The notes beneath the pieces are model-generated. The model saw only the letters and a list, made by a program, of their open reading frames with translations. It was not told the DNA's origin and made no database searches. A stretch of 27,333 nt of DNA, from contig RFLK01000086.1 of assembly GCA_003694525.1 (NCBI GenBank), positions 1 through 27,333 on the forward strand. Reading direction: 5' to 3'. Position numbers and translations under genes: made by a program. The DNA comes from Candidatus Woesearchaeota archaeon. Its GTDB lineage: Archaea; Nanobdellota; Nanobdellia; Woesearchaeales; ARS49. Below, one piece after another: positions 1 to 8,593 of this stretch (position 1 is its first letter; every line of letters begins with the position of its first letter).

Positions 1-117
1 ATCTTTGAGAAAGTCTTTGTCTTTTGTGTACAATACTATGTTTGCAGCTTCAAATTTGGCTTCGCTTATCAGACCTTTCGGTACTAATTTTTGAATCTCT
101 TTTATTATGTCTACCAT
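1..117 (-). CDS. fttA: 5' end (39 codons, truncated by the window edge) of archaeal beta-CASP ribonuclease aCPSF1 / FttA
   Basis: Not in the ORF track. Manual translation from ATG at 117: MVDIIKEIQKLVPKGLISEAKFEAANIVLYTKDKDFLKD. This resembles the N-terminal KH region of aCPSF1 (consensus about FEGxxIVxYTK). It lies 40 nt downstream of psmB, matching the known archaeal psmB-aCPSF1 synteny. Confidence 0.8.
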   Translation of the reverse strand, partial: MVDIIKEIQKLVPKGLISEAKFEAANIVLYTKDKDFLKD

Positions 118-157
118 AGAGTTTTGCCTCTGTTATTGGTTGCTTAGAATCGGCCGC

Positions 158-799
158 TCACAGGCTTGGTGAGGGTACGTTCAACTCTTGTTCTAGGACG
201 ACATTTGCGCCTTTGTCATTTATGACCCAGATGTCTATGCCGTTTCCTGTTGCAGTGTCTCTTTGCAGCGCTGCGGATATTGCTTTTGCTGCAAGTTTTA
301 TTCCTTCATCCGTGCTCATTCCCTTCTTGTAGAGCGCTTCAAGTGTTCCCAGTGCAAATACTGATCCTGAACCGTCTGAAGTGTAATCTGGAATCTCTGT
401 TATGCTTCCGTCAATTCCAAGATCGTATAGGTGGTTTCCATCATCGTCGTGTCCTGCAAGAAGGAATGCTACGATTCCCGGAACCATGCTTGGCTTTCGC
501 AAATTGCTGTATAGCATTCCTGCAAGAAGGTTTGCAGTCTCTTTAACTGTGCTTTTTCGAAGCGTTTGAAGGTTTCGCAGTTTAACTTCTGCGCGTATAA
601 GTTTGACGAGAAGTTGAGCATCTGATACAAGGCCAGCCATAGTGACCGCCATATTGTCAGTTATCCTGTGGACTTTTTCTGCTCTCTTGTTCACTACAAA
701 GCCCGCTGTTGCCCTTCTATCTGCTGCTATGACAACACCGTCTTTGCACACGATTCCTACTGTCGTTGTTCCTTTCTGCACTTGTAATTTTTCATCCAT
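158..799 (-). CDS. psmB: Proteasome 20S beta subunit (Thr protease) with a 10-aa propeptide
   Basis: MDEKLQVQKG|TTTVGIVCKDGVVIAADRRAT gives the G-T1 autocleavage site. Also GSGS and RDTATGNG motifs. Confidence 0.97.
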   Translation of the reverse strand: MDEKLQVQKGTTTVGIVCKDGVVIAADRRATAGFVVNKRAEKVHRITDNMAVTMAGLVSDAQLLVKLIRAEVKLRNLQTLRKSTVKETANLLAGMLYSNLRKPSMVPGIVAFLLAGHDDDGNHLYDLGIDGSITEIPDYTSDGSGSVFALGTLEALYKKGMSTDEGIKLAAKAISAALQRDTATGNGIDIWVINDKGANVVLEQELNVPSPSL

Positions 800-853
800 T
801 GAGAAACACCTAAGAAGCGGTTACCTCTTAAAATTCGATTTTGGCACAGCTAA

Positions 854-870
854 TATATAAATATTTCGCT
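854..870 (-). promoter_or_regulatory. BRE + TATA promoter of the psmB-aCPSF1 unit
   Basis: Minus strand reads AGCGAAATA-TTTATATA, about 55 nt upstream of the psmB ATG. Confidence 0.7.
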
Positions 871-923
871 CTCATTTATAAACAACTCGCGTTTGGCTTC
901 AATGTTTGCAAGAATCTGCAAGG

Positions 924-1952
924 TCATTGAAAAAGTCTTATTTTTTTCGCGCGCGTATCAAAGTATGCTTTTGGGTGGTCGTATGGAAGTTTTGGAAAGT
1001 TGTGCTTTGATATGTATTCTCCTGCAAGGTTTTTGAGGGATTGTCCTCTGCGCATTGCTAAGAGTTCGTAGTGTATTTTCTTGATGTGAGAGTAAGGGGT
1101 GTTTTCATCTCTTTTTTCAAGCTCGCAGAACTTGTTCGTCAAGTCATCGAATTTGTGCTTTTTGAATCTTCTCTCAAACACCATTCTCGCAGCAATAAGT
1201 CCAAATGCCACATCTGCGCAACAGTGTTGCTTTATTGCAAGCACTGCTCTTGGCATACCGTATGTGCTTTTCTCAACGCTCTCCCACGCGCGAGAGTTGT
1301 GATCACAAAGCCCTATTGCTTTCATAACATTGTATAAAAGGGCAGAATAGGCTATGTGCAAAGACGGGGCCCCGTTCAATGGAGGGTCGTACTTTTGTAT
1401 GACTGATAATGATAGTCTGTTGTGCCTCTCATCTCTCGGCCCTCTTGTGGGATAAGCGTGAAATACTTCCTCTGCTATTGTGTTAAGATCGTGAAAGCAT
1501 CGCGTCAAGTATTCGAAGTTTCTTGGTTTTCTGTATCTTGGAATATCGGACGCGGCGCGCGCTGCAAGAGCTATGTTTGAAAGTATGTGTGCATAGTGAG
1601 TGTCTTGTTTTGGGTCAAATGGTATTTTTGCATCTTCTTGAGTTGTCAGAAGGTAGTAGTCCCTTCGCTCGCATAGTTTTTGCGCGCTTGTGTACTTTTT
1701 GTGCCAATCGACCACTGCGCGTGCGAGCAGGCGTGCGTGGGTTGGTTTTGATAATGCAAGAGGAATCAGGTTTTCTATGATGAGTTCAAGGTTTCGCCCT
1801 GCCTCTGGAGCCTGTTCAAGGTATTCTGAAGGCACTTTTTTAAACCAGGAATATGTCTTGAACCCGCTTTGTGCAAGTCCTCCCGCTATCTTTCCTAATG
1901 TTTCTCTCTTGCGGAAAGATTCGCATTCTTGTATTGGTGAGATCACGTTCAA
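924..1952 (-). CDS. Hypothetical 342-aa hydrophilic protein with PAP2-superfamily-like catalytic motifs
   Basis: Long open frame with a TTG start (start uncertain). The motifs YPTRGPR, APSLH and QHCCADVAFG occur in the order and spacing of PAP2/AUR1-like motifs 1-3. Confidence 0.6.
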   Translation of the reverse strand: MNVISPIQECESFRKRETLGKIAGGLAQSGFKTYSWFKKVPSEYLEQAPEAGRNLELIIENLIPLALSKPTHARLLARAVVDWHKKYTSAQKLCERRDYYLLTTQEDAKIPFDPKQDTHYAHILSNIALAARAASDIPRYRKPRNFEYLTRCFHDLNTIAEEVFHAYPTRGPRDERHNRLSLSVIQKYDPPLNGAPSLHIAYSALLYNVMKAIGLCDHNSRAWESVEKSTYGMPRAVLAIKQHCCADVAFGLIAARMVFERRFKKHKFDDLTNKFCELEKRDENTPYSHIKKIHYELLAMRRGQSLKNLAGEYISKHNFPKLPYDHPKAYFDTRAKKIRLFQ

Positions 1953-1967
1953 CTCGGCAATATTTGC

Positions 1968-2062
1968 TTATTAATTTATTTCCTTATAAGCTATAAGGGT
2001 TTTATGTATTGCAATAGTCTGCAAGGCTTTTGAGTATTATTAATTAATAAATATTATTAATT
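1968..2062. other. Very AT-rich intergenic spacer with three palindromes
   Basis: CCTTATA-agc-TATAAGG (1982-1998), TATTGCAATA (2007-2016) and TTATTAATTAATAA (2037-2050). TTATTAATT occurs at 1968, 2037 and 2054. Confidence 0.55.
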
Positions 2063-2100
2063 GATACTTAATCGATATTGAGTGGATTGCATTGATTGCA

Positions 2101-3543
2101 TTAATAGCTTTTTGCAAAGATTCCTACCGCTTTGGATTTGTTTTTGCACTTTATGCAGTTGCCTTTCGGTTTTTTTGCAGAGTATGGCAAATTCAGGCTT
2201 TTGGCCCCGCTCTCCTCGTGTATTGAACTCGCGCACGCATCCTTTGTGCAGAACTGCGCCCAGATCAGCTTCTTTTCCTTTGCAGCTTTTTGGAATTCGG
2301 TCCAGCTCTTTGCCTCAACGCTTTGACTGTCAAGCCATTCTTTTGCAGAGCTTAGCAGATCTTTTTGCATTTTATCAAGCATTTTCGGTATCTTCTTGGA
2401 CAGCTCGTTTAGTTTTACAGGTGTTTTTTTGCCTGTATCTCGCCTCACTGCAATGGCCTGTTCTTTTTCTAGGTCTTTGGGACCAAGTTCTATTCTGATG
2501 CAGGCGCCTTTAAGCTCCCATTCATTGAATTTCCACCCTGGAGTGTAGTGGTCCCTATCATCCAGCAGGACTTTTACTCCTTCTTCTTCGAGTGTTTTTG
2601 TGATCTTTTTCGCTTCCCTTAGCACTTTGTTCTTGTTTTTGTCGAAGGTTATCGGAATTACAACAGCGTGCAATGGAGCTACTCTTGGAGGGACGACAAG
2701 TCCTTTATCGTCCGAGTGGTATAGTATCATTGCGCCAAGTGATCTTGTTGATATTCCCCAGCTGTTCTGGTAAGGGTTTGCTTTTTTCCCGCTCTCGTCT
2801 TGGTATTCTATTTCGAAGGCTTTTGCAAAGTTTTGTCCAAGGTGGTGGCTTGTTGCAGCTTGCACTGCCTTTCCTGAAGGGGTCAGGGTTTCCACGCTTG
2901 TTGAGTAGTCTGCTCCTGCAAATTTTTCTGAAGGCGCCTTTATCCCTTTTATCACAGGCACTGCAAGAAGCTCTTCAAAGACTCTTCTATAAAGCTCCAG
3001 TATGATCTGAACTTCTTCTTCTGCTTCTTTTTTTGTTGCAAACGCAGTGTGGCCTTCTTGCCATAGGAATTCTCTTCCTCTGATAAGAGGGGTTGGGTGT
3101 TTGAATTCCCATCTAACTACATTCACCCATTGGTTTATCTTAATTGGAAGGTCTCTGTGAGATTGTATCCATTTCGCGTATGCATCATATATTACTGTCT
3201 CGCTTGTCGGCCTGACTGCTATCTCTTCTTTGAGTTCACTCCGCCCTCCGCGCATCACCCACGCAACTTCTGGAGCGAATCCTTGCACGTGCTCAGCTTC
3301 TTTTTCAAGAAGTCTTTTCGGTATGAATAGTGGAAAGTATGCATTTTCAACCCCTAGCTTTTTTATTTCCTCATCGAACCACTTCTTTATCTCTTCCCAC
3401 ATCGCGTACAATCTGGGCCTGTAGATTATGCATCCTGAAACGTCTGTGTATTCTATGAGTTCTGCTTTTTGCAGTACTTGCACATACCATTCCGATATGT
3501 TTTCTGATTTTTTTACTGTGATTCCTTGTGTTGTTTTGGACAT
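2101..3543 (-). CDS. proS: Proline--tRNA ligase, archaeal/eukaryotic type
   Basis: SEWYxQVLxKAELIEY, RPTSET, RWEFKHPTPLIRGREFLWQEGHT, QNSWGISTR, anticodon-binding domain, C-terminal Cys cluster and terminal AKSY. Start moved from 3615 to ATG 3543 (MSKTTQG) because a TATA box lies 24 nt upstream. Confidence 0.97.
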   Translation of the reverse strand: MSKTTQGITVKKSENISEWYVQVLQKAELIEYTDVSGCIIYRPRLYAMWEEIKKWFDEEIKKLGVENAYFPLFIPKRLLEKEAEHVQGFAPEVAWVMRGGRSELKEEIAVRPTSETVIYDAYAKWIQSHRDLPIKINQWVNVVRWEFKHPTPLIRGREFLWQEGHTAFATKKEAEEEVQIILELYRRVFEELLAVPVIKGIKAPSEKFAGADYSTSVETLTPSGKAVQAATSHHLGQNFAKAFEIEYQDESGKKANPYQNSWGISTRSLGAMILYHSDDKGLVVPPRVAPLHAVVIPITFDKNKNKVLREAKKITKTLEEEGVKVLLDDRDHYTPGWKFNEWELKGACIRIELGPKDLEKEQAIAVRRDTGKKTPVKLNELSKKIPKMLDKMQKDLLSSAKEWLDSQSVEAKSWTEFQKAAKEKKLIWAQFCTKDACASSIHEESGAKSLNLPYSAKKPKGNCIKCKNKSKAVGIFAKSY

Positions 3544-3566
3544 ATCTTGCTCTTGTCTTCCTGGCG

Positions 3567-3574
3567 TATTTAAA
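3567..3574 (-). promoter_or_regulatory. TATA box (TTTAAATA) of proS, probably giving a leaderless mRNA
   Basis: TTTAAATA on the minus strand, 24 nt upstream of ATG 3543 and preceded by a purine-rich BRE-like sequence. Confidence 0.6.
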
Positions 3575-3691
3575 TCTTTATGGCATACTTCAATAGAAGA
3601 TAGTCTTAACATCATAGGACTTAATCGCAGAATACATAGCTTCAGTTCATATCTGCGTCAGATTTTTAAAATGCAGAGTAATCTTAAGTTT

Positions 3692-4156
3692 ATGCGCTTT
3701 ATCAAGCACTCTGCCCATCACGTTTTGATTCATCTCTCATTATTTTCAGGGTTTGCCGTATTGATTCCTATCACAACTCAAGCTTTTGAAAAGAGTATGA
3801 AACCTTGGGTTGTAAGTCCGAGCATATTTACTGCAGGGACAATGCTTATTCTTATAAGTGCGCTTATGCTCTATCGAGTGAAGAATAGTCTGTCCGGTGT
3901 TTTGCAGAGTCTTGGCTATACTATTTTCATTCCGGGCGCAATAAGCCTTCTCTCAGGAGTTATGGAGTTGAATGATTTGTTAGAAGGCTCTTCAATAACT
4001 GGGCTTTCAGTGATAAAGCCGGTTGCAGAATATTATATACATCACTCCGTGCCGACTGTTCTTTCAGTTGCTGCAGTCTATCTTTTCATAGGAGGGGTCT
4101 TGTATTGGCTGGGAAGCAAGTTGGACAATGCAAAGCGCAAGTTTTCCTGGAATTGA
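3692..4156 (+). CDS. Hypothetical membrane protein (154 aa, about 4 TM helices), divergent from proS
   Basis: Four hydrophobic segments. The track ORF 3428..4156 overlaps proS antisense, so the start was moved to ATG 3692, 22 nt after TTTTTAAA (3663-3670). ATG 3671 is an alternative. Confidence 0.7.
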   Translation: MRFIKHSAHHVLIHLSLFSGFAVLIPITTQAFEKSMKPWVVSPSIFTAGTMLILISALMLYRVKNSLSGVLQSLGYTIFIPGAISLLSGVMELNDLLEGSSITGLSVIKPVAEYYIHHSVPTVLSVAAVYLFIGGVLYWLGSKLDNAKRKFSWN

Positions 4157-4178
4157 TCTTGCGCTCTCTTCTAAATAA

Positions 4179-7100
4179 TCATGCTATGTCTTTCTTGCGC
4201 TCTATGAGAAATTTCGCTATGTCATCTTTCCAGTGCTTTGGAACGCTGGATGAGAATGTTTGATTCAGCCATCGTATGGTCTCTTCTCTGAATCCTTCCC
4301 GCTCTCCATCTATCATCTTGTAGACATCGTAAACTATTTGAGGGTTTAGTTTCTCTATTCTGGCTCCTTCTCTAAACTGCAGTATGAGGGTTAATTTAAG
4401 CTCTTGCTCCCTCTCATCTTCTTCCCGCTCTTTTTGCTTCCAGTATTCTTCATAGCTGAATTCTGATACTTTAAGTTCTGGTAAAACTGATTTTAGGAAT
4501 TTTGAAAGCTCTTCTGGAAGTCTAATCTTATCGCTCTTGAGTTTTGATATCAACGCAGGATCTATCCTGGACCGCTCCCCTTCAATTATCCTTATTATTT
4601 CTGCTCTCTCGTGTATTGGAAGTTCTGTTTTGCGGGCTTCCTCGCATAGTTGGTCCTTGAATCTTTTTCGCTCCTGCCGGCTTTTTGCAACAAGCGCTCT
4701 GCAGTTTATTGCAACAGGATCTTCTCCTTTTATTTTTTGAATTATTTGCTCGTGCATTCTTCTGAGAAATTCGTATTTGTCTTCTATTCTCAGAACATCC
4801 ATATATCCTTGGAGAGCAAGGTTCAGCGCAAACGGAGATGGTATTTTTGTTTGTATCTCTTTTATCCTGATCTTTCCGCTCTCAATGTTTTCCAGAACTC
4901 TCTTTGCATTTTCAATGTCCATCAAATCTTCAAGGCATTCTCTCCTCGCTTCTTCAAGTATGCTGAAATTATCGTCAAGCCTTTTTACTGCAGAGAGCAG
5001 TATTTGGGCTCCGACTTGCTGGCGCCCGACTCTTTTTTGTTTTCCTTTGTAGTTTCTGAGTATCATAAAAGCGCGTGTTGCGCAGTGTCTGAATCTTCTT
5101 CTCAGAACCTCGCTCCTCTCAAGAGCTGCTCTCATAACATCTCCAAGCCTGTCAGATCTGAGAATTTTTAGAGCTCTTATCGCAGATATTTTTCGGTTTC
5201 CCCTTATCCAGAATCCATTATCGTTTATTCCTATTGAGACATCTTTTTTATCTATTCTTCCTATAGCATATGCAATCGCGCGGGATAGGCAGTCGTTCAC
5301 TTTTCTTCCGAATAGCGTGTGGAAGACTATTTTATCATCAAGCCCGTCATTTGTGTATTCCACGATTATCTGCTTGTCGGATGGTATTGCTTTGCAGTAA
5401 TTGTATTGCTCTTTAAAGTATGACAATATTGCGCGCGCAGCTTTATCATCGACATATAGGTATTTGTGTAAGAATTCCATTATCTCTGACTCTTTTGTTT
5501 TTGAATTCAATTTTTCAAGCATTAGTCTGCGCAGCCGTCCTATCTCCAGCGCAAGGTCAAAGCTTAATGGAAGCATTTCAGAAAACCAGGAAGGTATTGT
5601 CGGTGGCCTGTTTGCAGATGCTGCAATTTGCGCCACCATTCCTTTTGAGTATTTGAATATGTAAGTGTTTCCTCCAAGAACGAACACATCGCCAGGTTTC
5701 AGCCTTTCAACAAAACCTTCATCCAGAATGCCTATTGTCTCTTTTCCTATTTTTGCTATTATGTGGCTCTCATCGGGTATGGTTCCTATGTTCGTCATAT
5801 AGAGCATTCTTGCAAGCTTTCCTCTTTTTCCTATCCGCCCATTTTCTCTCCATATTTTTGCATACACGTGGCGGTCTTCAAGCGGTGCGTATTCTCCTGA
5901 AAGATAGCTCAATACCTTGTTGAATTGTGAAAGAGTTAGATCTTTATAGCACCAGCTTCTTTTCAAGGTTGCATAAAGTTCTCTCTCATCCCACGCCTCT
6001 TCAACGCACGCGCCTATTATGTGTTGTGCAAGAACATCCAAGGCCCCATTTGGTATGTGTACTTTGTCTATGTTTTTTTCTATTGCACTTTTGAGAAGGA
6101 CTGCGCACTCGACAAGGTCATCCCTATCCATCACTATTATTCTTGCTTTTACTCTCTCGTGCAATTTGTGTCCCGACCGTCCCGCTCTTTGCAGAAATCG
6201 CGCAACGGATTTTGGGCTTGAAAGGCAGATTACAAGATCGATGTATCCTATGTCAAGCCCAAGCTCTAACGATGTGCTGCACACAACAGCCTTAAGCTCT
6301 CCGGCTCTCAGTTTTTGTTCAATATTCCATCTCGCGCTCTTGCTCATGCTTGCGTGATGAGCTCCTATGTTTGCAGCATATCTTCCTGGAAATTTGTGTT
6401 TTAGATGATCCACCACTCTCTCTGTTGCTGCGCGAGTATTGGTGAATATGAGTGTTGTTCTGTGCTGTTGTATGAGCTCGTCTATTTTTTTGTAGAGTTC
6501 TGAGTGGACTTTTTCGTGCGTTGTGTCTATAAGGTTGTCTACTGGCGATATGACTTTGAAATCGTATTTTTTCACAAGTGTGACATCAATTATTTTGCAG
6601 GGCCTATCGCATCCTACAAGGTATCTTGCTATATCTTCAAGAGGAGATACTGTTGCAGACAGTCCTACTCTGCACAAGTGCCCGGAGAGTCTTTCTATGC
6701 GTTCAAGGGTTAATGAGAGGTGAACTCCTCTCTTGTTTTCTGCAAGAGCGTGTATCTCGTCTATTATGCACCATTCTATTGATTTGAGGTGTTCTCTGAA
6801 TTTTGGCGATGCGAGCATTATCGCGAGCGATTCTGGTGTCGTGATGAGTATGTGGGGCGGTTTTGCAAGCATTGAGCTTCTCTCTTTTTGGTTGGTATCG
6901 CCTGTCCTGACCCCTATTCTTATTCCCAGGCTCTTGCCTGCTATCTTCTCTATCTGTTCAAGTGGCTCTTTTAGGTTCTTGCTTATATCATTCGATAGCG
7001 CTTTTAGAGGTGAGACGTATACCACGTAGACTTTGTTTTGGAGCATTCCTCGTTGTGCAGAATCTACGAGCTCGTTGAGTATTGACAGGAATCCTGTCAG

Positions 7101-7295
7101 GGTTTTTGTGGATCCCGTAGGGGCGGATATCAGTACATTGTTGCGCGAGTGTATCTCTCTCACTCCGAACCTTTGAGGCAGTGAGAAAGATTTGAAGCGT
7201 GATTTGAACCATTGTTTTACTGTGGAGTTGAGTATTTCATCTATTGCAGACTCCTCATCAGGCTCCTCTTTCCATTCCAGCAGCTTTTCCACCAT
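4179..7295 (-). CDS. lhr: Lhr-type SF2 ATP-dependent helicase (1038 aa) with a variant Walker A and a C-terminal extension
   Basis: SAPTGSTKT, YVSPLKALSNDI, RTGDT, ITTPESL, IIDEIH, GLSAT, CSTSLELGLDIG, QRAGRSGH and the Lhr C-terminal region (IPSWFSEMLPLSFDLA). Start moved from 7376 to ATG 7295 (MVEKLLEW). Confidence 0.93.
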   Translation of the reverse strand: MVEKLLEWKEEPDEESAIDEILNSTVKQWFKSRFKSFSLPQRFGVREIHSRNNVLISAPTGSTKTLTGFLSILNELVDSAQRGMLQNKVYVVYVSPLKALSNDISKNLKEPLEQIEKIAGKSLGIRIGVRTGDTNQKERSSMLAKPPHILITTPESLAIMLASPKFREHLKSIEWCIIDEIHALAENKRGVHLSLTLERIERLSGHLCRVGLSATVSPLEDIARYLVGCDRPCKIIDVTLVKKYDFKVISPVDNLIDTTHEKVHSELYKKIDELIQQHRTTLIFTNTRAATERVVDHLKHKFPGRYAANIGAHHASMSKSARWNIEQKLRAGELKAVVCSTSLELGLDIGYIDLVICLSSPKSVARFLQRAGRSGHKLHERVKARIIVMDRDDLVECAVLLKSAIEKNIDKVHIPNGALDVLAQHIIGACVEEAWDERELYATLKRSWCYKDLTLSQFNKVLSYLSGEYAPLEDRHVYAKIWRENGRIGKRGKLARMLYMTNIGTIPDESHIIAKIGKETIGILDEGFVERLKPGDVFVLGGNTYIFKYSKGMVAQIAASANRPPTIPSWFSEMLPLSFDLALEIGRLRRLMLEKLNSKTKESEIMEFLHKYLYVDDKAARAILSYFKEQYNYCKAIPSDKQIIVEYTNDGLDDKIVFHTLFGRKVNDCLSRAIAYAIGRIDKKDVSIGINDNGFWIRGNRKISAIRALKILRSDRLGDVMRAALERSEVLRRRFRHCATRAFMILRNYKGKQKRVGRQQVGAQILLSAVKRLDDNFSILEEARRECLEDLMDIENAKRVLENIESGKIRIKEIQTKIPSPFALNLALQGYMDVLRIEDKYEFLRRMHEQIIQKIKGEDPVAINCRALVAKSRQERKRFKDQLCEEARKTELPIHERAEIIRIIEGERSRIDPALISKLKSDKIRLPEELSKFLKSVLPELKVSEFSYEEYWKQKEREEDEREQELKLTLILQFREGARIEKLNPQIVYDVYKMIDGEREGFREETIRWLNQTFSSSVPKHWKDDIAKFLIERKKDIA

Positions 7296-7413
7296 ATTAA
7301 AACAAACATTATATAGTTTAAAAAACAACAATTCAAGAAGATACATTATAAAGTTTGCGCAATCAATTGCAGTCAAAGCCTTGTTCTGCGAGTCTGATCA
7401 AATCTTATCAAGC

Positions 7414-7962
7414 CTAATACGTCAGGAAGAACACCACTGAGGCTGCGGCCATGCTGGCCCCCCAGGCGATCTTGTTCCATTCAAATACTGATGATCCGTC
7501 AAGAGGTCTTACTGGTAGAAGATTGAACATTGCAAAGAGCGCGTTCACTTTGAAGCTGAAGCTGAAAAGCAAGGATGGTGCTATTATGAAAAGGGCAAGA
7601 GATATCAAAGAGAGTACTATATTAGACAATGGGCCTGCAAGAGCTATCTTTCCATTCTGATCTCTGCTCGCTCCAGATACCAGAACTCCTCCTGGCGCAA
7701 GAAGTATTATGCCTGTTGTTGAAAGGGCTATTGAGAATATCAATGCGCCATCGTGGGATTTGAATTGCGCCTTGCATCCGTATTTTTGAGCGAGCCATTT
7801 GTGTGCAAGCTCGTGGACTACAACAGCCACGCCCGCGCTCGCAAGAGATATCCAGAAAAAGGATATGAAGTTAGACAGTCCAGAGTATGCGATAGAGAAG
7901 ACTGTCGCTACTGCAAGCCAGGTTTTTGCAAGATCCTTTAGTTCTTTTTTCTTAAATCGCAT
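7414..7962 (-). CDS. Site-2 protease family (M50) intramembrane zinc metalloprotease, 182 aa
   Basis: HELAH zinc motif in a TM helix, LAGPLSN and FNLLPVRPLDG. Likely start is ATG 7962 (MRFKKKE). Confidence 0.92.
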   Translation of the reverse strand: MRFKKKELKDLAKTWLAVATVFSIAYSGLSNFISFFWISLASAGVAVVVHELAHKWLAQKYGCKAQFKSHDGALIFSIALSTTGIILLAPGGVLVSGASRDQNGKIALAGPLSNIVLSLISLALFIIAPSLLFSFSFKVNALFAMFNLLPVRPLDGSSVFEWNKIAWGASMAAASVVFFLTY

Positions 7963-8512
7963 CTTTAAAAGTGCACAGGAGAGAATATCTTGCCGCTCTC
8001 TCAAGAGCACCTATTGCATCAGTTGAACTGCTCGCATTGAGAGCGTATTCTACAATCTCTTCTGCAGGTTTTGTGTCAGGGCACGCCGACCTTCTGATAG
8101 TCTCAACCACAAGATTTGCATCTATTGCAACTATTTCTTTTTTAAGATCGCGTGCTCTCTCTCGCATCGCATCAGGGCAGCGCTCATTCTTTTCCAATGC
8201 ATTCAATTGCGATATGAGAAATCTCTCATTTATGAAGAACTCTTGCGGGTTGTGCAGTCCTGCCGGACTAAAATATCTCTCATCAGCTCCAAGCCTCAGA
8301 TATCTTTCAATATCGCGCGCTGAAAGGATGCACTCTTGGGGTTGTAATTGTCGCATCTGAAGGCCCTCTCTTGCTTTCTCTATGCGCTCAAGTCTTACAA
8401 GGGCAAGGCTGTTAACAAGCCTGCCTGATGTCATTTCAATATGCATATCATACAGAAAGGCTATTGCGCCTATGCTCACCAATGCGAATAGCAAGAGCAG
8501 GTGTTTTTGCAT
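7952..8512 (-). CDS. Hypothetical exported or membrane-anchored alpha-helical protein, 186 aa
   Basis: N-terminal hydrophobic segment (LLLLFALVSIGAIAFLY), 4 Cys, a TATA-like TTTTTAAG 23 nt upstream, and a stop overlapping the M50 start by 11 nt. Confidence 0.75.
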   Translation of the reverse strand: MQKHLLLLFALVSIGAIAFLYDMHIEMTSGRLVNSLALVRLERIEKAREGLQMRQLQPQECILSARDIERYLRLGADERYFSPAGLHNPQEFFINERFLISQLNALEKNERCPDAMRERARDLKKEIVAIDANLVVETIRRSACPDTKPAEEIVEYALNASSSTDAIGALERAARYSLLCTFKDAI

Positions 8513-8593
8513 AATATGTGATAATGTTCTTGTGCTTAAAAACTTATCAGTATAATTAAGGAATTATTAATTAAATTATTCATTAAAGAATTA

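Noticed and set aside
250-546. Numerous 60-220 aa track ORFs antisense or off-frame to confident genes (for example 250..546, 4650..5171, 11120..11512, 12239..12898, 17273..17842, 19271..19780, 24698..25027)
   Set aside because: They lie entirely within well-supported genes, have shadow-ORF composition (F/L/S/C- or V-rich), and show no motifs or initiation signals.
7083-7099. 8-1-8 inverted repeat TGACAGGA-A-TCCTGTCA
   Set aside because: It lies inside the lhr coding sequence right after Walker A, with no regulatory context or second copy, so it is probably chance.
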